Shown in pieces: positions 49,597-59,881 of a stretch of 64,000 nt of DNA. Position 1 is the stretch's first letter. Every line of letters starts with the position of its first letter. The stretch is from positions 21,146-85,145 of the forward strand of contig CAWJHB010000004.1 of assembly GCA_963842555.1 (NCBI GenBank). The letters run 5' to 3'. Below the pieces are notes generated by a model. The model saw only the letters and a program-made list of their open reading frames with translations. It ran no database searches and was not told the origin of the DNA. The position numbers were made by a program, and so were the translations under genes. The DNA is from an uncultured beta proteobacterium. Its GTDB lineage: Bacteria > Pseudomonadota > Gammaproteobacteria > Burkholderiales > Gallionellaceae.

Positions 49597-51579
49597 TCAG
49601 TGACCGAATGGATTGATCCCCGTATTCCTGTAATCCGGCTGATCGAAATCGAACATCGAGAATAGATCCCCGATTGCCGGCGAGTTCACCGGAACATAAG
49701 GATTGTCCGCCAGTTGCCTCGGATCAGGCAGATTGTCGCGGCTGCGATTGGAAATCGGTGCCAGACCCCAGTTGCGTTCGATGAACTTCACGATGGACAC
49801 GTGATCGCTGTAGGTATGGTCGACATGTCCGCCCCTGGAATAGGGCGATACCACGATCATCGGGATACGCGAGCCGTCACCGAAGAAATCCACCGGCTGG
49901 ATATAGCCGGAGTCATAGTAACCGCCGCCCTCGTCGAACGTCACCATGATCGCCGTGCTCGACCACAGCTTGGGATCGCTCTGCACCGCCTGTACCACCT
50001 TCTTCACGAAGCCTTCGAACAGGTCGAGCTTGGAAGAGGCCGGATGACCGTCGAGCAGCCAGCCCGGCTTGACGAAGGAAACGGCGGGCAGGTTGCCATT
50101 GGCGATATCGGCATACAGATCGGTCGTATCCTTCAGGTGCTCGGAAACAAGCGCCGGGTTGGTCATGATCGAGGTTTCATACAGGAACGGATTACAGATG
50201 TTGCAATAGACGCTCAACGGCGAGTTCGCGACGAAGCTGTTCCAGCCTTCGCCGTAGTACTTCCACGGTATGTTTTTCGCGAGAAGCGAGTCTGCTATGG
50301 ACGGCACCGAGGACGGCGGGATGGTGAACGCGCTGGTGTTGACGCTGCCATCGCCGTTGTAGCCGGGGTTGTAGTTGTTCAGCAGATAATACGCACCGGG
50401 CGCGCAGTTCGGCTTCGGATGTGTCGGCAGCGACTTCAGGTAGCCCACGATTGGACCGACACCGGGCTGGGACGCGTCGGCGCATTCACTGTATGAGCCG
50501 CCGGAATAGCCATCCTGCGTGTAATAGTTGTTGGTGCCCGGCTGCGGATCGGGATTCTCGATCTGGTTTGCGGGAGGCACCGCAGTGTGGCCCTGGCCCT
50601 CGGAGTAATACATCGCATCGGCCGTCCCGATCATGATGTGATTGGCGCCGGTACCGCCCTGGGCGGCCTGGTGATAGTTGTCGCTGATCGCATAGTCCCG
50701 GGCGAGCTGGGTCAGATAAGGCGCGTCACCATGGCTCACGTTATAGAAACCCATCGCAGTCGAGCCTTCGCCGGTGCTGAGATCGTTGAACCCGGCCGGC
50801 TGCGCGCCGCCGTTGCTGCCCGCGCCGATGCTTGTTTCAACCCAGGGATACAGGTCCGCCAGGCAGCCGCTGGGATTGGTTCGGGTGGCATGGGCCGCGC
50901 TGCAGTCTGCCTGCTGCCAGCCCTGATAGAAACGATGCACCGGGCTGGCTGCGTAATCGTCATAGGACAGGCTGGGCGTGAGCGGGAAGGGGCCGCTGGG
51001 CAGGCTGGTCACGTTGGCGATCCGGGTGTCGACGCTATACTGCGGCAGGCCGCTGGCGCCGGTTGTCAGCAGCGGGATATCTTCGGGAAGAAGCGAGCCG
51101 CTCTCGGCCAGGGTAGCCAGCGCAAGTGTTGCAAGGGGCGGCGGGTTTGTGTCGCTTGCGACAGTGTTGACACTTCCGGTAAGCGGCGCGGGAAGCACCT
51201 GGTAGGGCGTCTTGGTGTTCGGGCTGAGCGTGAATTTTGCCGGCCCGGTCAAGGTGGCCTGATACTGCGTGGCAAGCGCGAAATTCGGGCCGGGCGAGCC
51301 GTCCGCGTTGACGATGCCCTTGGACAGCAGATTCGATACGGTCTGTCCGCGTGGCGGGCGATACGTCCCGAAGATATGATCGAAGGTCCTGTTCTCGCCG
51401 ATGATCACGATCACGTGTTTGATCGGTGTCGCGGTCCGGTTCTGCGCGTGACCGTCGTTCATTTGTTCCGCTGCGGCAAGCGTCGGGATACCCAGCGACG
51501 AGAATCCAAAGCATGCCAGCGTCACGCAGGCGACGGTGCGTTTTGCATTCAGTTGCATTGATGTTTGTTCGCGTTTCAT
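49597..51579 (-). CDS. Phosphoesterase family protein (phospholipase C / AcpA acid phosphatase type), secreted
   Basis: AGGAGG RBS plus ATG at 51579. Signal peptide. IIGENRTFDHIFG motif. Confidence 0.8.
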   Translation of the reverse strand: MKREQTSMQLNAKRTVACVTLACFGFSSLGIPTLAAAEQMNDGHAQNRTATPIKHVIVIIGENRTFDHIFGTYRPPRGQTVSNLLSKGIVNADGSPGPNFALATQYQATLTGPAKFTLSPNTKTPYQVLPAPLTGSVNTVASDTNPPPLATLALATLAESGSLLPEDIPLLTTGASGLPQYSVDTRIANVTSLPSGPFPLTPSLSYDDYAASPVHRFYQGWQQADCSAAHATRTNPSGCLADLYPWVETSIGAGSNGGAQPAGFNDLSTGEGSTAMGFYNVSHGDAPYLTQLARDYAISDNYHQAAQGGTGANHIMIGTADAMYYSEGQGHTAVPPANQIENPDPQPGTNNYYTQDGYSGGSYSECADASQPGVGPIVGYLKSLPTHPKPNCAPGAYYLLNNYNPGYNGDGSVNTSAFTIPPSSVPSIADSLLAKNIPWKYYGEGWNSFVANSPLSVYCNICNPFLYETSIMTNPALVSEHLKDTTDLYADIANGNLPAVSFVKPGWLLDGHPASSKLDLFEGFVKKVVQAVQSDPKLWSSTAIMVTFDEGGGYYDSGYIQPVDFFGDGSRIPMIVVSPYSRGGHVDHTYSDHVSIVKFIERNWGLAPISNRSRDNLPDPRQLADNPYVPVNSPAIGDLFSMFDFDQPDYRNTGINPFGH

Positions 51580-51964
51580 GGTTGCCTCCTGAAGAAGGGT
51601 AGCTGTACGAGTTGATGACCGTGTTGGTTGTGGCATGCGTCCATGCCACGTCGAGCATCGTGGCATCCCACCATGACAACATCGTGATGCGGCCATGACA
51701 GAACCATGATGCATCCATGACAAAATGATCCGGGGGGCAAGGTCGTGCCAATAGTCCGAACGCGCTGCCGGTCACAGTGGGTTACGCTTCAGTGAGGAAT
51801 TACTATCTGCAAAGTTAGCATTGCGTGTAGCAGAGCGGCGATGTGCTTGATATGAATCGGGGGATATGAATCGGTGGCGATTCATCCCGTCAGTCTTGGC
51901 AGGGATCAGTTGTGATAGTGAATTTCAGGCGCGCAGCAGTGATGTGCCCGATTTGTTCAACAGA

Positions 51965-52828
51965 TTAGCGACCCCGATGTTTTGCGGGGATGAACAATTC
52001 GGGATCGACCATTGCCCCGTTGAGCACTACGCTCCAGTGCAGGTGCGGGCCGGTGGCGCGCCCGGTCATCCCGGAAAACCCGATGCGCTGGCCCTTGTTC
52101 ACCGTTTCGCCCGGTTTCACGCCGATCCGGTCCAGGTGGCAGTACATGGTGATCAGCCCGTCGCCGTGGTCGATAAAGACTGTCTTGCCGTTGAAAAAAT
52201 AATCGCCGACCGCCAGCACCTCGCCCTGCGCGCTGGCCCTGACCGGCGTGCCGCGCGCGACAGCCACATCGAGGCCGGCATGCGGCGAGCGCGGCTCCCC
52301 GTTGAAGAAGCGGCGCACGCCGAAACGCCCGGCCAGTCTTCCCTTGGCGGGAAGGATGAGCGCCAGGTCGGTATGCTGCGCGGCGCGCCAGTGATGTTTC
52401 AGTTCGGTGATGGCCGCGATCTCGCGTTCGGCGCGCGCCTCGTCCGCGGGGGACAGCTCGACCTTGCTCTTGTCCTTGAGGATGATGCGCTGCACGGGGT
52501 AATCCTTCGTGCCGACCATGAAGTCCTGCATTCTCGTCACGTCACCGATCTTGATGCGCAGCTCATGCGAGCCCGGTGCGATATCCAGCGGCAGGCCGAC
52601 TACCGCATACCATTCGTCGCGATCGGCGGTCACCAGAACCGGCTGGTCGCCCACCCAGGTTTGCGGTGTCCCGGCACCGGCCGAAACGCTGCCGAGCGGA
52701 ATGACCGCAACGCCGCCCGGCACAATCGAAGACTGGGGCAGGCTTGCATGTGCAAGCAGGGGAAAAGCCAGAGCAAACAGGCCGGACCGGAATAGGGTTC
52801 GGCGCATGATGGAAATTATCGTCTGCAT
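51965..52828 (-). CDS. M23 family metallopeptidase
   Basis: HAGLDVAV (HxxxD) and GPHLHW (HxH) motifs. Signal peptide. Confidence 0.8.
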   Translation of the reverse strand: MQTIISIMRRTLFRSGLFALAFPLLAHASLPQSSIVPGGVAVIPLGSVSAGAGTPQTWVGDQPVLVTADRDEWYAVVGLPLDIAPGSHELRIKIGDVTRMQDFMVGTKDYPVQRIILKDKSKVELSPADEARAEREIAAITELKHHWRAAQHTDLALILPAKGRLAGRFGVRRFFNGEPRSPHAGLDVAVARGTPVRASAQGEVLAVGDYFFNGKTVFIDHGDGLITMYCHLDRIGVKPGETVNKGQRIGFSGMTGRATGPHLHWSVVLNGAMVDPELFIPAKHRGR

Positions 52829-52871
52829 GATCCTGTGATTTGAAACCATGGTCGGTCTCCCATTATTCCCC

Positions 52872-53195
52872 TCACTTGTCATCCTCCGGCGGAGTCAACG
52901 AACAGCGCCAACTCGTGACCTTGGAATCCTTCGGGACCGCATTGCTTGCAAGAATCTCTGCGATGGCCTGTTGCGCGGCAGCATTGCATTTCTCGATCGT
53001 TGGAATGTAAGGATTGAACACCCAGTACTGATGGACATTCTCCGAATTTTCCAGCTCGAGGATCAGAACAGTGCCATTTGCCTTTTGCTGGCTTTGCGCC
53101 AATTCAAACAACAGGCCAAGCACCGCCAGCAGTGCCAGCACCGCAATGATCTTCAAGGTCGCACGGGAAAAGAGCTTTCGATTTTTAAGCATCAT
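52872..53195 (-). CDS. Hypothetical membrane-anchored protein
   Basis: N-terminal TM IIAVLALLAVLGLLF. No family recognised. Confidence 0.45.
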   Translation of the reverse strand: MMLKNRKLFSRATLKIIAVLALLAVLGLLFELAQSQQKANGTVLILELENSENVHQYWVFNPYIPTIEKCNAAAQQAIAEILASNAVPKDSKVTSWRCSLTPPEDDK

Positions 53196-53333
53196 GTGCG
53201 AATGTTAACCCCTAATCGGCATGTTGTGGCGTAATGCGATGGCTTGAGGATGAACCTGATCGACGCAGCGCCGTTTTGTTCGTCGGATCCCTGTTGTTCA
53301 TGCCAGCCTTTCAAGATCGCCCCGCAAAAAAAG

Positions 53334-55049
53334 CTAGGCACTTACCGCAATTGGCTGGCCGCTTGCCTGGGCCCTGTGCATCGCGTTTTCGGACTTGTCA
53401 AAAACTTCCGATATCGATGCCGGCGGTTTTTCAAAGGATGCATAGCCGATGTTGGCCGACAAAGGGAGCGATGCATCCTCCATCTGCTTCGAGATCTCCC
53501 GGGAGAGCTGCTTGCAGAGCGACTCGCATTCCGCCGCATTGGTATTCGGCATCAGGATCGCGAATTTATCGCCGCCGATCCGTGATGGCGTGTCGACTTG
53601 CCGGATGTTTTCCCGAATCACCTGGGCGACGAGCTTGATCGCTTTGTCGCCGGCAGCATATCCCCTGGTTTCATTCAATTCCTTGAGGTTGTTGAGGTCG
53701 ATGTAGGTAAACGAAAAAACTGCCTTCCTCTGCCTTTGCCTGTCGATTTCAATGTCCGTGATCAGCTCGAAACTCAGCCGATTGCGCAGCCCGGTCAACC
53801 GATCGAAGGATGAAAGCTGTTCGACCTCGATAAAGTTTGTCCGCGCGATCCTGGCGACAAAGACCACCGTGATATTTGTCAGCAATACCATTATCGCGTT
53901 GATGATTTTTGAGGACATGGGGGTGATGTCCATCGCAATGTGTATGCCCTGGAGCAACAGCGCCAATATGACCGCCCCGCTGATCAGTTTCATCCGCTCG
54001 CAATGCAAAGCGATCACGACCAGCGGAAAGATATAAAGCAATTCCATCTGGATGGTGGAAGGCGTGACGATGTCGATCAGGAAAATCGCGACTATCGTAA
54101 AAATTGCAAAATAACTGCCATGGGCGACCAAGGGCCGCGAGAAGCCCCGCGGGGTGACCACACTCCTCAAGCGCTTGAACCTGACGTTCGACGTGACAGG
54201 CTGATCCGAGCCGGTTCTGGTATGCAGCAATGCCGAAAGGCATGAACGCAAATCAACAGCCAGGTCATTGGCATTCTGGTAGCGGTCATCAGGCGACTTT
54301 GCAAGGCACTTGAATGTCACCGCATCCAGCGCTTCCGAAATCCCGGGGTTCAATGAACTGGGTTTTTCCGGCACAACGCCAATGATCTGGTTCATGAGCA
54401 AATTGATGTCCTCCTCTGGAAAGGGCAATCGTTCAGTCAGCACGTAATACAAAACAACGCCGAGGGAAAAAATGTCCGAGCGGGCGTCGATCGATTGGCC
54501 CTGGATCTGTTCGGGCGACATGAACGGAGGCGTTCCATAAAACGCATTCCCTTGCTTGGTCTCCTTGGAGGAAGCCATTTTTGCGATGCCGAAGTCGGCG
54601 ATCTTCACATGATTGTCGCCCAGGATCATGATGTTCGAAGGTTTGATGTCTCCATGCACCACCCCCCGTTGGTGTGCATAGGACAATCCCGCCGCCACCT
54701 GGATTGCAATGTTCAGCGCGTCGGTAACCAGCAGGCGCCGCTTGCCCTGGATTATCTGCTGCAAGTCCCGGCCCTCCATCAGCTCCATCGCGATGTACGC
54801 CATGTCGCCGCTTTCCCCGAGGTCGTAAATCGTCACGATGTTGGGGTGGCTCAAGTGTCCCGCCGCCTTGGCCTCATGATAGAACCTCGCTTTGTATTCC
54901 GCCCTTTCCGTTTCGGACAATGCCTGGAGATCGATGGTCTTGATTGCGACGAATCGCTCAATGAACGGGTCATGGGCTTTGTAGACAACGCCCATCGCAC
55001 CCCGCCCCAATTCCTCAAGAATCTCGTATCGTCCGAGATGGCTGATCAT
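53334..55049 (-). CDS. Ser/Thr protein kinase - multi-TM - degenerate GGDEF fusion protein
   Basis: AGGAG RBS. Kinase motifs GRGAMGVVY, HGDIKPSNIM, DFGIA. About 5 TM helices. GGDEF domain with GGDKF in place of GGDEF and an RxxD (RQVD) five residues upstream. Confidence 0.8.
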   Translation of the reverse strand: MISHLGRYEILEELGRGAMGVVYKAHDPFIERFVAIKTIDLQALSETERAEYKARFYHEAKAAGHLSHPNIVTIYDLGESGDMAYIAMELMEGRDLQQIIQGKRRLLVTDALNIAIQVAAGLSYAHQRGVVHGDIKPSNIMILGDNHVKIADFGIAKMASSKETKQGNAFYGTPPFMSPEQIQGQSIDARSDIFSLGVVLYYVLTERLPFPEEDINLLMNQIIGVVPEKPSSLNPGISEALDAVTFKCLAKSPDDRYQNANDLAVDLRSCLSALLHTRTGSDQPVTSNVRFKRLRSVVTPRGFSRPLVAHGSYFAIFTIVAIFLIDIVTPSTIQMELLYIFPLVVIALHCERMKLISGAVILALLLQGIHIAMDITPMSSKIINAIMVLLTNITVVFVARIARTNFIEVEQLSSFDRLTGLRNRLSFELITDIEIDRQRQRKAVFSFTYIDLNNLKELNETRGYAAGDKAIKLVAQVIRENIRQVDTPSRIGGDKFAILMPNTNAAECESLCKQLSREISKQMEDASLPLSANIGYASFEKPPASISEVFDKSENAMHRAQASGQPIAVSA

Positions 55050-55187
55050 TTTTTAAGCTCCTGTATGTCGGGAAATGCAGCGGCCAGATATTCGGTTTTC
55101 ATGGTACACCGCCACCAGGCCGCCATGGGTACTTTGCAATCAAGTGCTCCATTTCGGTCGCTTGCATGCCATAAGGCGTGCAGTGGC

Positions 55188-55799
55188 TCAGAGCTTGGGA
55201 ATCCTTATGCGGCTGACCATCAGTGAGCCGGACACCGCGAACAGCAGTACCAGCGGATGCAGCGTGAAGCCGGCCAGCATGACCTCGCCGAACCACAGGG
55301 AGTCGCCCAACGCGCCCAGTGAGGCGGCCGCGAACAGCACCGCGACCAGCAGCAGGGAGGTCGGGATGGGCGTGCCCTCGAAGTGCTTCACCTTGTTTCC
55401 GCCCTCGGACATTGCCTCGGTGGTGATGTTGTAACGCGCCAGGCGCGATACGCCGCATGCGACAAAATAGCCTAGGACAATACGGTCGTAAAAGCCCTGC
55501 ATGCCGCAACCGTATGCAATCACGGCCGGGGCTACGCCGAAGGAAATCACATCGGCGAGCGAGTCAAGCTCGCGACCCATTGCGGAAGTCTGCTGCCGCC
55601 ACCGGGCAATCCGTCCGTCCAGGATATCGAAGATCAGGGCGGCAAGGACCAGCCCGCACGCGAAGTAGACGTGCATGACATGGGTCGTCTGCAAATATGT
55701 CAGCATGGAAAACAATGCCCCCGTGCCGCAGACCGCGTTTGCCAGCGTGAACCAGTCGGCAAGATGGAACTCGCGGATCATGGAGAAAGGCTTTTTCAT
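55188..55799 (-). CDS. pssA: CDP-alcohol phosphatidyltransferase (phosphatidylserine synthase type)
   Basis: DGRIAR-x8-G-x3-D-x3-D motif (DILDGRIARWRQQTSAMGRELDSLAD). Confidence 0.75.
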   Translation of the reverse strand: MKKPFSMIREFHLADWFTLANAVCGTGALFSMLTYLQTTHVMHVYFACGLVLAALIFDILDGRIARWRQQTSAMGRELDSLADVISFGVAPAVIAYGCGMQGFYDRIVLGYFVACGVSRLARYNITTEAMSEGGNKVKHFEGTPIPTSLLLVAVLFAAASLGALGDSLWFGEVMLAGFTLHPLVLLFAVSGSLMVSRIRIPKL

Positions 55800-55880
55800 T
55801 TCGTGGTTACCCCTGGATGATGTGTGAAACCGGCCCTTTAATTGGTTCGGGCCTGGCCCCCTCAATTCACACTGTTGCTG

Positions 55881-56228
55881 TTAGTGGTCTGTTCTAACGC
55901 TGCGACGGCGATTCATCGCCGTATCGACTCTGGCGGTGCGGCGATCGGACAGGGCGGCACGGCGGATCAATTCTTTCCAGATCATATCGCTGGCTTCGGA
56001 CTTGAACCGCAGGTACAACGCAACTTCCTCTGGGTAAGCGCCGCTGCAGCCGAGGCGTTCGAGATGGTGTGTGTCTGCTCCAGGGGCGTTGTCGGCTTCC
56101 CAGGCTCGCACGATGGCCTGCCACAACGCTCGCTCGAACGGCTCGTCCTCCTCGTCAAAACCGTACTGCCATTTCAGGAAAGACGCTTCCGCGGAAGATA
56201 GTTCAGTGCTGCGAAACTGTATGCTCAT
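55881..56228 (-). CDS. Hypothetical protein
   Basis: ORF 55881..56258, start assumed at the second MSIQ. No family recognised. Confidence 0.4.
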   Translation of the reverse strand: MSIQFRSTELSSAEASFLKWQYGFDEEDEPFERALWQAIVRAWEADNAPGADTHHLERLGCSGAYPEEVALYLRFKSEASDMIWKELIRRAALSDRRTARVDTAMNRRRSVRTDH

Positions 56229-56324
56229 AGCTCCTCCATGCGAACATTGGATGGACATGGGGACGCGGCCACATTCATTTCACCAAATCACGGGCTCCGT
56301 CCCCAAGTATTCCGGGTTGTCGAA

Positions 56325-56642
56325 TCAAGCATATTCGGATTGACTTGCCGAATCCTGAATGCACCAGACTATCATTATGATCCATCCGATCACGGGGATA
56401 ATTCCAATGAGTTGCCACCAGCCCGATCTGTTTGTATCGTGCAGTCGTCGCGCTGTGACAGCAATATAAGGAAGCAGAGTGCCGATGGATACCAATATTC
56501 CGAGCTTGTGGTTCAGAATATTTGCCGCGAAGGACACCAGCATTACGAAAAGCACCCACCACCAAAATTCTGACTTCGTGGCCCGACCGTTGAAATCGGC
56601 GTACTTGCTAAAGCAAGTCTGAATCGATTCTGTGAAAGTCAT
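56325..56642 (-). CDS. DUF805 family inner membrane protein
   Basis: GRATKSEFWWW and RRLHDTNRSGWW signatures. Confidence 0.75.
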   Translation of the reverse strand: MTFTESIQTCFSKYADFNGRATKSEFWWWVLFVMLVSFAANILNHKLGILVSIGTLLPYIAVTARRLHDTNRSGWWQLIGIIPVIGWIIMIVWCIQDSASQSEYA

Positions 56643-56954
56643 TTCCGAGTGCCTTTCTGGCTAAAATGCAAGTGGATAGGTAAGCAATGATATAGGGACG
56701 GAGCCCAATAGATTTGTGAAAAGTATGGAGCACCATCCCCATGTAATTTGATGTGGGTTGCATCATAAGGCGCTAGCTCGTGGACAATAAAATCAATATG
56801 TTGCGAAGTCAGAGTGCATCATAACACGCTGCTAAAAACACCCATTAAGCGCTAGTTTTCACATGAATAGACGCATAAATCGCTAGTTTCATAACTATAT
56901 GTATTATATAGAGTAATTGTAGACATTACTCAAATGAGGTATGAAGGAATAGGC

Positions 56955-58148
56955 ATGAGTATGAATAATACTAATGAGGAGTTGTCACGCTTAAGCGATG
57001 TGATTGGCATGATCTACGAAGGTGCGACTGACCCCAGCCGATGGACCAAAGACATTCTTCCTGGAGTTTCTGAGTATATTCAGGCGCCAAAGTGCGCTAT
57101 GTTTACGCCGCTCCACCCACCTCAGCTTGGAGGCTTTCATTTTCTTCACGGCATCTCGCAAGAGATCGACGATCTCAGGCAGACCGTTTATCGAGAAGAA
57201 GACATATGGACGAAAGCCGGACTTGAAAAGGGAGTGCTATGGGAAGGTAACGTGGTCACAGGAACGGAACTAGTCTCTCATGAACAATTGATCGAATCGA
57301 AGTGGTACAAGGGCTTTTTGTCTCGTGATCCTGGTTTAATGCACTTGATGACCAGCATTGTATCTGGATTGGAAGCAAAAACTTCCATGCCTGCGGCGTG
57401 CTCGTTTTTCCGTGGGTTCGATGCTCCAGCCTTTGGCGAAGCTGATCGCAATCGTTTGCGTCTGGTGTTGCCACACCTCTCGCGCTCTCTGGGCATAATG
57501 CAGCATATCCGCTCGGCAGAGCTGACTGTTGCCACCAGCCTGGCTGCACTTGACCGTCTGCCCTCGGGTGTGTTTCTGATCGATGCGGCCAGGGAGGTGA
57601 CCTTTGCCAACCGGGTGGCGCAGCACATGTTGGAAAACGGCGATGGCTTGCGATTGAAGAAACTCACCCGCTCATCAGGGCTGGGCCAGCTTGTTGCCGA
57701 CAATGAATTGGCCAACCGCGCCATCTCAGCAGCCCTTTGTTCAACTCTTAGTCGTGATCCATACGGTATCGAGCATTTCTCCGATTGTGTCGTGGTGCCA
57801 CGCACGTCGGGAGATACAGCGTACGCCCTGCAATTCTCCTCACTGGGTAGCCAGACAGAATTCGGCGCAGGCAATGCCGCTTCTGCCATCGTATTGTTGA
57901 CTAGTGAGGCTCAACAGTTCGAAGTCGATCCGGTATTGTTGCAAAGCGCTTATGGCCTGACTTCTGCCGAGGCGCGTGTAGCCATTGCTCTTCTGGAATG
58001 TAGCTCAGCACAGGAGGTGGCAGATTATTTGGGTACCAGTTTCCACACGGTTCGCACCCAGATTAGGGAAATCTATACCAAGCTCTGTGTTGATAGTCGG
58101 GCGCGATTCGTCAAACTGATGCTTGGATTGGCAAAGCATCGTCAGTAG
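56955..58148 (+). CDS. LuxR-family transcriptional regulator with a large unassigned N-terminal domain
   Basis: C-terminal HTH LTSAEARVAIALLECSSAQEVADYLGTSFHTVRTQIREIYTKL. ATG choices at 56934, 56955 and 56961. Confidence 0.7.
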   Translation: MSMNNTNEELSRLSDVIGMIYEGATDPSRWTKDILPGVSEYIQAPKCAMFTPLHPPQLGGFHFLHGISQEIDDLRQTVYREEDIWTKAGLEKGVLWEGNVVTGTELVSHEQLIESKWYKGFLSRDPGLMHLMTSIVSGLEAKTSMPAACSFFRGFDAPAFGEADRNRLRLVLPHLSRSLGIMQHIRSAELTVATSLAALDRLPSGVFLIDAAREVTFANRVAQHMLENGDGLRLKKLTRSSGLGQLVADNELANRAISAALCSTLSRDPYGIEHFSDCVVVPRTSGDTAYALQFSSLGSQTEFGAGNAASAIVLLTSEAQQFEVDPVLLQSAYGLTSAEARVAIALLECSSAQEVADYLGTSFHTVRTQIREIYTKLCVDSRARFVKLMLGLAKHRQ

Positions 58149-58201
58149 TTGGAGCTAACGATAACCTGAATTAGGTGTCCCGTTAGATTCTATGGTTTCT
58201 G

Positions 58202-58408
58202 TCAAGCCGTTTGCCAGCCTTTTGCCAAGCGTTCAGGATCAAATTCGGTTTTGTAAGTGTACATCGACCAAGCGGTGCGGGCGAGGCGCCGAGCCACAAT
58301 GACAATAGCCGCAGTACTGGATAATCCCTTCCCCCGATAGTGTTCATAGATTGGCCTCCAGGTCTTCGTTTTGATGGCGGACAAGGCTGCCACATAGAGT
58401 AATCGCAT
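58202..58408 (-). pseudogene. IS110-family transposase C-terminal remnant
   Basis: 68-aa ORF with an IS110-type C-terminus (STAAIVIVARRLARTAWSMY). No N-terminal part upstream. Confidence 0.6.
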
Positions 58409-58508
58409 ATACTTAACTGCTCGATTACCTCAATCAGGGAGTTAGAGGTGGCTCCGCTTGATTGGACAGTATTTCCAATTTCTTAAGTGGACGCCTTGCG
58501 ATTAATGC

Positions 58509-59339
58509 CTATGCTGCTTTGGGCAGTGCGGGCAGGTTTCCGAAGTAGAACTCATCCGGCGTTTGGTCGTCAAGCGCCGTGTGCGGTCTGTCTTGATTGT
58601 AAAGCCTGAAGTATTTCTCCAAGCCCCGTTTTGCATCGTTCACGCAATCGTAAGCGTACAGATAAACCTCTTCGTATTTGACGCTGCGCCATAACCGTTC
58701 CACAAATACGTTGTCACGCCAGCAGCCCTTGCCGTCCATGCTGATCTGGATGCCGTTGTCTTTCAACAGGCCGGTGAAGTCCAGACTGGTGAACTGGCAG
58801 CCTGGGTCGGTGTTGAAGATTTCCGGTTTGCCATATTTGTTCATCGCCTCTTGTACCGCTTCCTTGCAGAAGTCCGTGGCCAGCGTGTTGGACAACCGCC
58901 AAGACAGCACCCGTCGACTGGCCCAGTCGATCACGGCAAACAGATAAACGAATCCTCGCTTCATTGGAATGTAGGTGATGTCTGCTGCCCATACGTGATT
59001 CGACCGGGTGATGCTCAGGTTGCGTAGCAGGTAAGGATAGACCGGATGGGCCGGGTGCCGTTTGCTGGTGTTGGGCTTTCGATACAGCGCATCGATGCCC
59101 ATTCGCTTCATCAGCGTGGATACGCGACGGCGACCGACTGGCAGCCCTTCACGCTTGAGCATCTTGGCGAGCATTCTTGCTCCGGCAAAGGGCCGGTTCA
59201 GATGCAACTCGTCGATCCGGCGCATCAGCACCAGCTCTTCCGGCGAGAATGGGGCGGGCTGGTAGTAGACCGTCGAGCGGGACAGTTCCAGTATCTGGCA
59301 TTGCCGCACCAGTGGCAATTCGTGGGTTCGGTCGATCAT
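58509..59339 (-). CDS. IS3-family transposase OrfB (integrase core, DDE)
   Basis: rve-type core (WAADITYIP...TDPGCQFTS). -1 frame relative to orfA. Confidence 0.9.
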   Translation of the reverse strand: MIDRTHELPLVRQCQILELSRSTVYYQPAPFSPEELVLMRRIDELHLNRPFAGARMLAKMLKREGLPVGRRRVSTLMKRMGIDALYRKPNTSKRHPAHPVYPYLLRNLSITRSNHVWAADITYIPMKRGFVYLFAVIDWASRRVLSWRLSNTLATDFCKEAVQEAMNKYGKPEIFNTDPGCQFTSLDFTGLLKDNGIQISMDGKGCWRDNVFVERLWRSVKYEEVYLYAYDCVNDAKRGLEKYFRLYNQDRPHTALDDQTPDEFYFGNLPALPKAA

Positions 59340-59638
59340 TTCTTTGCGCTCAGCAATCCCGCCTTGGTGAGCGCGCCTTCTAAAAAATCATTCTCCAGTG
59401 TGAGCTGTCCGATCTTGGCGTGGAGTACCTTGAGATCAGGCTCGGCCGCCTTCGCCTTCGACGACCCACCAAATACATCGGGTGCGGACTCTAGTAATTG
59501 CTGCTTCCATTCCGAAATCTGGTTCGGATGAATATCAAGGTGTTCAGCCAACTCTGCTAATGTCTTGTCGCCCCTTATTGCAGCTAATGCCACCTTGGCC
59601 TTGAATCCCGGTGCGTGATTCCTTCTTGTCCTCTTCAT
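59336..59638 (-). CDS. IS3-family transposase OrfA (HTH)
   Basis: MKRTRRNHAPGFKAKVALAA HTH. T TTT TTA heptamer (59381-59387 on the + strand) upstream of the orfA stop, with the -1 frame open from there. Confidence 0.85.
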   Translation of the reverse strand: MKRTRRNHAPGFKAKVALAAIRGDKTLAELAEHLDIHPNQISEWKQQLLESAPDVFGGSSKAKAAEPDLKVLHAKIGQLTLENDFLEGALTKAGLLSAKK

Positions 59639-59881
59639 GCGCTTGCTCCTCTGTTGGCCGTATTCTGCACGGCTTGGGTTGAGCAAGGCTACCACTTATC
59701 GCACTGTCCGAATTACCGGAGCCACCTCTATTTTTACCCCCTTCACTTGAAGGATCAATGTCCATAAATTACATCCCCAGACTGCCATTTGTTACAAATT
59801 GTATTGGTGTCAACTTAAATGTCACGAAAGCGTTATAGTTGTGCTTCGATGGGTTTAATTTATTTGACAAGGATAATGAAC

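Larger units (their letters stand above)
58453..59740 (-). mobile_element. IS3-family insertion sequence (1288 bp)
   Basis: Terminal inverted repeats TAGAGGTGGCTCCG..GGACAGT at 58453 and its reverse complement ending at 59740. orfA/orfB in 0/-1 frames. Confidence 0.75.
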
